DNA of 64,000 nucleotides from Candidatus Woesearchaeota archaeon (GTDB lineage Archaea; Nanobdellota; Nanobdellia; SCGC-AAA011-G17; GW2011-AR18): NCBI GenBank assembly GCA_016179945.1, contig JACPCE010000001.1, positions 9,202 to 73,201 of the forward strand, read 5' to 3'. Shown piece by piece: positions 57,305 to 64,000 of this stretch (position 1 is its first letter; each line of letters starts with the position of its first letter). The notes under the pieces were generated by a model. It saw only the letters and a program-made list of their open reading frames with translations, ran no database searches and was not told where the DNA came from. The position numbers and the translations under genes were made by a program.

Positions 57305-57670
57305 CTAAAGCCTTCTAACTCTTGATATAGCTTTTCCTGAACTAGAAACTTCTTCTAAATTTCCAAAAGAATAATGAGGTATTGGTTTTTCTCCACCTAA
57401 ACTTAAATATAATACTCCAAACAATTGAGATTCAGAAGAAAGTTTATAATAATGAAAAGCCTGTCTTAAAGGTTCTCTGAAAACCTCACGAACTAGTCGA
57501 CTAGCTAAATCTTTAGTTTCAATATTTGGGTAATGGATAACAGATTGCCCTTCAGCAGATTCATGGAGGGCAAATAAAAGTTTATAAATTAGCTCAGAAG
57601 CATGATAATTATTAACAATTCCTCGTGCTATTTTTACTACTCTTTCTTTATAAATTTGATTCACAACCAT
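57305..57670 (-). CDS. Hypothetical protein
   Basis: 121-aa ORF. Confidence 0.35.
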   Translation of the reverse strand: MVVNQIYKERVVKIARGIVNNYHASELIYKLLFALHESAEGQSVIHYPNIETKDLASRLVREVFREPLRQAFHYYKLSSESQLFGVLYLSLGGEKPIPHYSFGNLEEVSSSGKAISRVRRL

Positions 57671-57734
57671 AAAGAAAATAAAATATAAGAATTTAAAAAT
57701 CTTCCTATTATTACAACTAATAAGTAATACTAAA

Positions 57735-58826
57735 TTAATCTAAAAATTCCTTATTCTTTATTTTATCAGGCAAGTATTTTTCAGATACAAAACTTATATC
57801 CCTGGCACTTAAAGCTTGAATTTCAACTTTAGCTTTAAATTCCTTCATCATTTTAAATTGTCTCTGCCAAGCCTTATTATCCTTAAACCATTCATATTCA
57901 CTAACTTGTTTTATCCTTGCATAATCTTTTTCATCTAATTTAATAAAATGCTTTTTAAGATCATATTTATCTATATCATCCATTGTAATTCCTACATATT
58001 TAACACCCGGTATTGTTAATCTCTCAGAAGCATGAGCTAAAGCTATAGAACCATACTTAATTACAGAGTAAATATATGCACCATAGATATCTCCATCGCA
58101 TAAAACATAAATTGGTAATTCATATTCTTCATATAATCTTTGTAATAGTCTTCTTATTCCTCTAGTGGTTTGTCCTTGTGAAGAAACAATTATTGCATTA
58201 TTTTTTAGCCAATATTTATCTTCATTCAAACGTTCCCAAACAGCAGCCTTCTCCATATAAATTATATATTTAGCTTCAACTTTTTTGAATTTTATATCTT
58301 CAACATTAGAAGGTATTGCCCAACCACCAGATCCTAACTTGCTCCAATCAATTGTATCTCCCTTATCTTCAATAACAACTTTACCAGCAACGCTTCCATT
58401 TTTATTAGCATTTACGTGCAATTCCTCTCTTGACAATCCAGTTATAACTTCTAGATCTTCAATAGCCTTATCGCTTTCAGTCTGCTCATCAACTAAATTA
58501 ACATTTGTTCCTGGAATTGTTCTCTTAGTCATGTAAAAAACATCTCTAAGGCTAGAATGTTTTCCAGAACCCAAAAGCTTGTCTTTAATTACTGCTGCAA
58601 CCTCAACAGTCTGCAAGAATTTCTTAGCATGTGCAACATTGAAAAAAGATCTAGTACCCACCTTATCACCTAATTTCAGAGTTTTACTCTTAGGATCATA
58701 AACAATGTTGCTCAAATTTCTTAAAGGAAAAGTTATTTCAGGGTTTCTTCCTTTATTTATTTGATATACTAATTTATCACCAAGTTCTTTCAACGTTTTT
58801 TTTGGATCTTCTTTTTTAACTGCCAT
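57735..58826 (-). CDS. top6A: DNA topoisomerase VI subunit A (Spo11 family)
   Basis: Winged helix plus Toprim (…[20 protein letters not shown]…), with a Tyr-containing 5Y-CAP region. Confidence 0.85.
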   Translation of the reverse strand: MAVKKEDPKKTLKELGDKLVYQINKGRNPEITFPLRNLSNIVYDPKSKTLKLGDKVGTRSFFNVAHAKKFLQTVEVAAVIKDKLLGSGKHSSLRDVFYMTKRTIPGTNVNLVDEQTESDKAIEDLEVITGLSREELHVNANKNGSVAGKVVIEDKGDTIDWSKLGSGGWAIPSNVEDIKFKKVEAKYIIYMEKAAVWERLNEDKYWLKNNAIIVSSQGQTTRGIRRLLQRLYEEYELPIYVLCDGDIYGAYIYSVIKYGSIALAHASERLTIPGVKYVGITMDDIDKYDLKKHFIKLDEKDYARIKQVSEYEWFKDNKAWQRQFKMMKEFKAKVEIQALSARDISFVSEKYLPDKIKNKEFLD

Positions 58827-60519
58827 TTAAATCACCTAAAGTACTTTGTTTCTCACCATATGCAACATTCTTTCCTTTTATTTCTGTTTTCTCAGCTTCT
58901 TTAACATCAGACAATAAATCTTTCATATTCTTCTTTAAAACTTTCTCCAATTCTAATTTTATTACTTCTTTTTTCTCACCACTTAACTCTGAAAGTGATG
59001 CAGCCAATTCAGGAATATATTTTTCAAACAAATTTATTCTTTCTTGCTGTTCTCTTGCTTTTACATTTTTCCTAATATATGAAGCCATTTGTCTTCCAGC
59101 TTCTTGTAATGCTAATTTCATCTCTTTGATGATTTCAGGATAATGTGCAATAGCTTCCTTAGCTTCTGATGTAAATGGAACCCATACACTATTCATATGA
59201 AGAACAACAACAACAGGGCCAACAGGAATACTTTCTTTGCTTTGACTCAAACCATAGCCTTTCCAAGCAGTATCTACAATTGCCTCGGTAGTTGCACATG
59301 CTCCTTGCTGGTATAATAATGGAACTCTATTTGCGAATCTCATAATCTTAACTGACTCTTCTTTTTCTAAACTACCACCATACGCAAGTCCTATTTCGAT
59401 TAAAAAAGGATTTCCTCTATAAACTGATGGTGGTCTTGTTGCTGCACAATAAAATTCTGCATTTATCTCTTTTTTTAAACCCTTAATCAAAGCTTCTTCT
59501 CCTAAAGGAATTAAACAATCAGTAGGCGGAGCAATTATTTTAGTATTTAGTATTGAATTGTATAAAGCCTCAGCCTCATCTCTTGCAATAGTACTTGGTC
59601 TTGCCCTTGGATTTACTTTTGCTTTATCACAAATTTCTTGAGCTAATCCCTGACTTATTCTTGAAAAATCATTTTGTAAAAAACTAGAAACACTTCCAGT
59701 AGTTGTACTATGTAACATTCTTATTAAAACACCCAACTCAACACCATAAGGATGGGGCTTAATTTCTTTTGCTTCTTTAGGAAGTTCAGTTATGCCTCTT
59801 GCATAAGTTAAAGTTTCTTTTTCAGGAGTTTTATATGTAATTTGAGCATGAGGATTTATTAATGCAATTTCTTTTATATATTCATCAACACTTTGTTTTC
59901 CTTTTTGATAAGTCCCTTGTAATTCAATCTCTATTCTAGTTCCATGTTCTTTTTTCCACTCAACAGTTTTATCTTCTTTTATTATTGGTTCATTTCTCTG
60001 TGTATCTAAATGAATTTCAAAATAATGTGCTTGATGTTTTGGACCTATTCTAGAAGTAACATGCATTCCCTTGCCTGTTGTTAATTGTCCATAAAGTAGT
60101 ACTGCACTTATGCCGATTCCCTGCTGCCCTCTTGAAACTCTCAACCTATGAAACTTGCTACCATACAATAATTTACCAAATATTTTAGGTATTTGTTCTT
60201 TAACAATTCCAGGACCATTATCTTCAACTATGACTTTAAACCTATCTTCTTTTAATTGTTGTAGCTCAACATAAATATCAGGAATAATTCTCGCTTCTTC
60301 GCACGCATCTAAACTATTATCTACTGCTTCTTTTACAGCCATCAACAAAGCTTTTCTAGGATTATCAAAGCCTAACAAATGTCTATTCTTAGAAAAAAAT
60401 TCTGAAACAGAAATCTCTCTTTGTTTCTCAGCCATTTCATGTGCTTTAGTTCTCTCAGCCATCTTTTTCAAAAACTGTTTCAAAGCAACTTGCTTATAAA
60501 GTTTGCTCTGAAAAATCAA
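58816..60519 (-). CDS. top6B: DNA topoisomerase VI subunit B (GHKL ATPase)
   Basis: Bergerat fold EAVDNSLDA...VEDNGPGI...GQQGIGISA. Confidence 0.85.
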   Translation of the reverse strand: MIFQSKLYKQVALKQFLKKMAERTKAHEMAEKQREISVSEFFSKNRHLLGFDNPRKALLMAVKEAVDNSLDACEEARIIPDIYVELQQLKEDRFKVIVEDNGPGIVKEQIPKIFGKLLYGSKFHRLRVSRGQQGIGISAVLLYGQLTTGKGMHVTSRIGPKHQAHYFEIHLDTQRNEPIIKEDKTVEWKKEHGTRIEIELQGTYQKGKQSVDEYIKEIALINPHAQITYKTPEKETLTYARGITELPKEAKEIKPHPYGVELGVLIRMLHSTTTGSVSSFLQNDFSRISQGLAQEICDKAKVNPRARPSTIARDEAEALYNSILNTKIIAPPTDCLIPLGEEALIKGLKKEINAEFYCAATRPPSVYRGNPFLIEIGLAYGGSLEKEESVKIMRFANRVPLLYQQGACATTEAIVDTAWKGYGLSQSKESIPVGPVVVVLHMNSVWVPFTSEAKEAIAHYPEIIKEMKLALQEAGRQMASYIRKNVKAREQQERINLFEKYIPELAASLSELSGEKKEVIKLELEKVLKKNMKDLLSDVKEAEKTEIKGKNVAYGEKQSTLGDLNGS

Positions 60520-60550
60520 TTATTTTTCTTCATCTAAATTTTCATAAGAA

Positions 60551-61534
60551 TTAACTCTGTAATACAATTATTCTATCAAAACCTTTACCTAAAATGCTCT
60601 TAAAATTTATTTTAAAGACTTTAAAATTTAATATCTCTTGCATTTTATCAATATTAGCATTACGAGATGGAGGGGGAATGCCTTTAATTTTATAAAGGTC
60701 ATTATTAGAGCAATAACAATAATAAAATATTATCCCATTATAAGAAAGCAATTTTCTTAATTCATTAAGAGTGTGATAAAATATTCCAAATGGATCAATA
60801 ATTTTATTTTTCTTAAGATAACGACCAAAGAAATAATTAGGTATATTAGATAAGTTAATTATTTCAAATTTATCTTTAGATATTAATTTATTAGATGAAA
60901 TACTAACAAAATCTGAATTAATAAATCTAAAATTTTTCGTAAATAATATATTCCTAAGTTTAAAATACTCTTTTTCATTTTTTAAATATAAATTTATTAA
61001 TTTTAAATTGCACTTCATTTTAGACCTCTGTCTAAAATATTTACATGACTTCACCAACTTGGTGCCAGAGAAATTATATTTATTATATAAACGATCAAAA
61101 AATATTAATGTCCTCTTATCTAAGGATGATCTTATTTTTTTATATAATTTATAATTCAAACTAGAATTTTCCATTTTTCTACCAAAATATATTAAAAATT
61201 CTTTATAAGTAAATATCTTTATAGCTGCAATTTTAAGTCTAATAATGAACTCAGATCTAATATTCAGATCAAAACCTACAACTTCCTTAGCTCCAAGCAA
61301 ATAAGCATTCAAAACTTGATCACCTGATCCACAAGTAGTTAATACATTTTTATTTTTTATATTTAACTTAGAATAATATGAAGTAACCATTTCTGTTGAA
61401 TAAATATACATTGGAGCAATAGAACCCATTATCTGCTCTTTTTTAGTATTTACAATCATATTCTCTTTTTTAATTTTAAGTTCCATACTTAATACATACT
61501 CACCCTCATCTGTTTTCTTTGTTTTTGCAGCCAA
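60551..61534 (-). CDS. DUF3419/BtaA-like SAM-binding protein
   Basis: NVLTTCGSGDQVLNAYLLGAKEVVGFDLNIRSEFIIRLKIAAIK parallels the BtaA/DUF3419 N-terminal SAM motif (VL.I.SAGCNALDYLL....VDLN..Q..LLELK.AAI). Confidence 0.4.
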   Translation of the reverse strand: MAAKTKKTDEGEYVLSMELKIKKENMIVNTKKEQIMGSIAPMYIYSTEMVTSYYSKLNIKNKNVLTTCGSGDQVLNAYLLGAKEVVGFDLNIRSEFIIRLKIAAIKIFTYKEFLIYFGRKMENSSLNYKLYKKIRSSLDKRTLIFFDRLYNKYNFSGTKLVKSCKYFRQRSKMKCNLKLINLYLKNEKEYFKLRNILFTKNFRFINSDFVSISSNKLISKDKFEIINLSNIPNYFFGRYLKKNKIIDPFGIFYHTLNELRKLLSYNGIIFYYCYCSNNDLYKIKGIPPPSRNANIDKMQEILNFKVFKINFKSILGKGFDRIIVLQS

Positions 61535-62034
61535 GCATAAACAGTTGAATGCCTATTGCCACTTAATAAACTTTCAAATGCTTTCCTAGCCAAAGCAACA
61601 CCTTCAAAACTACCAATCATTCCAATAGTCTTTCCATAAACAACAATTTTAGTGATGGTTAACACTTCTATAGTTTTTCTTGCCTTTCCACCAGTACCAA
61701 TTACTCTCGCTTTAACCCTGGCCAAATTAGATTTAGAATCACCTGTAAAATCAGAAATATCTAAAATTTCAAGATAATTATCTTCATCTAGTAAATCAAA
61801 AGCAAATTCTGGATTAAACCCCCTTCCTATAGCTCTAACAATATTCTGAGCATTTAATAATTTTAAACTATCATTACCTTCTAAAAAAACATCGCCTTCT
61901 TTAGAATCTATCTCAATATTAACTTCCAGTGCTTTTTCTATTTTCCTTTTTACACTGCCTTTAATTCCAACCAATACAGCAACCCTATCCTTGGGTATTT
62001 TAATTTCATAACTAAATTCCATAAAATAAATCAA
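61489..62034 (-). CDS. KH-domain RNA-binding protein (Dim2/Pno1-like), likely start MEFSYE at ~62019
   Basis: Two KH-like units (VGIKGSVKRKIE; IGTGGKARKTIE). Next to rio1, as in many archaea. Confidence 0.6.
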   Translation of the reverse strand: MIYFMEFSYEIKIPKDRVAVLVGIKGSVKRKIEKALEVNIEIDSKEGDVFLEGNDSLKLLNAQNIVRAIGRGFNPEFAFDLLDEDNYLEILDISDFTGDSKSNLARVKARVIGTGGKARKTIEVLTITKIVVYGKTIGMIGSFEGVALARKAFESLLSGNRHSTVYAWLQKQRKQMRVSMY

Positions 62035-62097
62035 ATAATAGGTTTTAAAACTCTTTCCATAGATACTTTTATATATTTTAAAAAAAACTAAAAAATA

Positions 62098-62502
62098 ATG
62101 GGTTTAGCAAGAAAAAAGCCGGATATAACAATACTTCCAGAAACAATAATATTATTAAGAGAAATAGAGAAGAAATTTCTTTCATTTGTAGATACATTAG
62201 CAAGACTTAAAAAAACAAGAGACCAAAGAGAAATAAAAACAGCTTGTGTATCTTTAATTAGCATAAAAACAAATTTAAAAGAAATAATAAAAGCAGACTT
62301 GGAAGTTTCTTATGATATTATAAAAACAAGATTTGACAAGCTATACTTATTTTTAGAAAAAAATTTAATTTTACTAGACCGCCAAAGAGAAGTAAATAAT
62401 GCAATAAATGATATAAAAGATAATCTAAACCCGATATTATCTCTGTATTATTCTTTGGGTGGCGACAGAACCGAAATAAATAAAGAATTATCTAAGATTT
62501 GA
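62098..62502 (+). CDS. Hypothetical protein
   Basis: 134-aa helical ORF. Confidence 0.35.
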   Translation: MGLARKKPDITILPETIILLREIEKKFLSFVDTLARLKKTRDQREIKTACVSLISIKTNLKEIIKADLEVSYDIIKTRFDKLYLFLEKNLILLDRQREVNNAINDIKDNLNPILSLYYSLGGDRTEINKELSKI

Positions 62503-63121
62503 TAATATTATCAAAATCAAGTTTCAAACCAAACTTATTAAAATATTTCTCTAAATTTTTAATATCTCTATCTAACAGTTCATTTACATTTGGATAATCT
62601 AACTTTACACCATGACTTAAATCTATTATATAAGGAATATCATTATGATTCAAAATATTAAACTCACTTAAATCACCATGAATAAATCCATTTTTATAAA
62701 ATAAATTTAAATTTTTTATAAGTTCTTTGGAAAATTTTTTAATATTTTTAGGTGGTTTATTCTTCAATCTTGGTGCAGGTTCATTACATCTGCCAATTAA
62801 TTCCATAACTAAAACATTATCCTTCACAGCATAAGGTGTTGGAACTCTGGCTCCTGCTTGGCTAGCAACCAATAAATTTCTGTATTCTCTTTGAGCCCAT
62901 GCAGATATTACTTTTCTTCTTTGGTTGCTCAAACCCTTAAACCTAGGATCTGGTCCAATATATTTATACATCCTTTTAAAGTCTGCATTATTAACCCTAT
63001 AAATCTTAATTATTACATAACTGCCATCTTTTTTAACTGCTGTAAAAACATTGCTTTCTTTTCCAATACTAACAGGACTTTTTAATTCATCAAAATAACC
63101 CTCGCTTTCAAGTTTAAACAA
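62492..63121 (-). CDS. rio1: RIO-type serine/threonine protein kinase
   Basis: VFTAVKKDGSYVIIKIYR (VAIK-like Lys), FIHGDLSEFNIL (catalytic loop), YIIDLSHG (metal-binding D). Confidence 0.8.
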   Translation of the reverse strand: MFKLESEGYFDELKSPVSIGKESNVFTAVKKDGSYVIIKIYRVNNADFKRMYKYIGPDPRFKGLSNQRRKVISAWAQREYRNLLVASQAGARVPTPYAVKDNVLVMELIGRCNEPAPRLKNKPPKNIKKFSKELIKNLNLFYKNGFIHGDLSEFNILNHNDIPYIIDLSHGVKLDYPNVNELLDRDIKNLEKYFNKFGLKLDFDNIIKS

Positions 63122-63235
63122 AACCCTTAATGTTTTCTCATCAAAAACGTTCTTGTAAGTTTTAAATTTTTATTTAGATTGCATAAAATACTAAAACCAG
63201 AAACATATATAAATATTAGTAAATGTTAATAAAAA

Positions 63236-63556
63236 ATGCCTGTAGAAGAAGCAATAGAATTATTAAAACAAATTGACTTTAAAGAAATTAATTCTCTGTG
63301 TTCAAAAAATAATATTAATGGAAGAATTGATGACTTCACAAAAAGAAAATTTGATATGGCACTAAGAACAGCTTACCTTTTAATTACCCAACCAATAGAA
63401 ATAGCAATTTCTAGACAAACAAAGATGGATTCTATAAACTCATTAAAGGATGCAAAGAAAGTTTTAGATTCTCTTTATTTAATAACTAAAGATCAAAAAT
63501 ACAAAAATTATATAGATGGAATAAATGAAATATCTTCTCATAGTAAACTAAAATAA
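63236..63556 (+). CDS. Hypothetical protein
   Basis: 106-aa ORF. Confidence 0.35.
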   Translation: MPVEEAIELLKQIDFKEINSLCSKNNINGRIDDFTKRKFDMALRTAYLLITQPIEIAISRQTKMDSINSLKDAKKVLDSLYLITKDQKYKNYIDGINEISSHSKLK

Positions 63557-63557
63557 A

Positions 63558-63911
63558 TTATTTTTTAGATAAAAAAGCATTACGTTCTTCGATGCATTTT
63601 TTGTAATATTTCCCAATTTTTGATTGCGGCATTTCATCAAGAATTTTCTCAATTAAATTTAACATTTTTTTATTAGAAGTTTGAATTCTATTTATAATTT
63701 CTTTCTTTTCTTTTTCTAATTTATTATATTTAGCTTCTAAACTATTATACTCCCTTTCCCTTTCTTTCCCTCCTTCTATTCGATCAAACATCATATGAGT
63801 ATCTCTAGAAATTGCACCTTGAGTAGCTCTTATTTTATCACTATCAATATTTATACTAGAAAATTCATGAAATAATTGCTCTAATGATTTAAAATCTTCT
63901 TCCGCCAACAT
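63558..63911 (-). CDS. Hypothetical coiled-coil protein
   Basis: 117-aa KE-rich ORF. Confidence 0.35.
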   Translation of the reverse strand: MLAEEDFKSLEQLFHEFSSINIDSDKIRATQGAISRDTHMMFDRIEGGKEREREYNSLEAKYNKLEKEKKEIINRIQTSNKKMLNLIEKILDEMPQSKIGKYYKKCIEERNAFLSKK

Positions 63912-64000
63912 TTTTACTTTCTCAAGATTATTATCTTTAACTTTATAATATTGAGCTAGGACATTTAATTCTTGTTCAGAGAGTTCTACATACCCTTTTA

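Overview
This window is AT-rich (~30% GC), tightly packed archaeal DNA of DPANN type. Two features point to a reduced DPANN genome: a compact fused PriS-PriL primase and Lys/Glu-rich tails on several ribosomal proteins.

It is mostly core information-processing genes:
- The large spc/S10-like ribosomal-protein operon on the minus strand, from L3 to SecY, then DUF106, L34e, L14e and prefoldin alpha (33046-47191).
- A second small r-protein cluster: S19e, a PDCD5-like protein, L39e and L31e (7361-8753).
- ValRS; a disrupted class II LysRS; MetRS with a C-terminal B3/4 domain.
- Cbf5, Hjc, Topo VI A/B, a RIO kinase and a KH/Dim2-like protein.

Five tRNA genes were found by hand. All carry introns, and three carry two, at both canonical and non-canonical positions.

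The accessory content is:
- Secreted, pilin-like and surface proteins, and an ABC-2 exporter.
- A block at 25986-31282 holding a small Bud32-like kinase, a Fic/Fido protein, a divergently placed ADP-ribosylglycohydrolase-HD fusion and a 731-aa protein with a C-terminal PNP/MTA-nucleosidase-like domain. This block is my best candidate for an undescribed stress or defence module.
- A free-standing LAGLIDADG endonuclease with four N-terminal HTH repeats.

Other oddities:
- lysS is interrupted by a GC-rich 195-nt segment with three in-frame stops, and its catalytic fragment carries a Pth2-like C-terminal domain.
- The Rpp29 gene has a +1 frameshift.
- There is an inositol-monophosphatase N-terminal remnant.
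- Gene fragments lie between two tRNAs.

All calls come from reading the sequence and from recalled family motifs. No database searches or folding programs were run.
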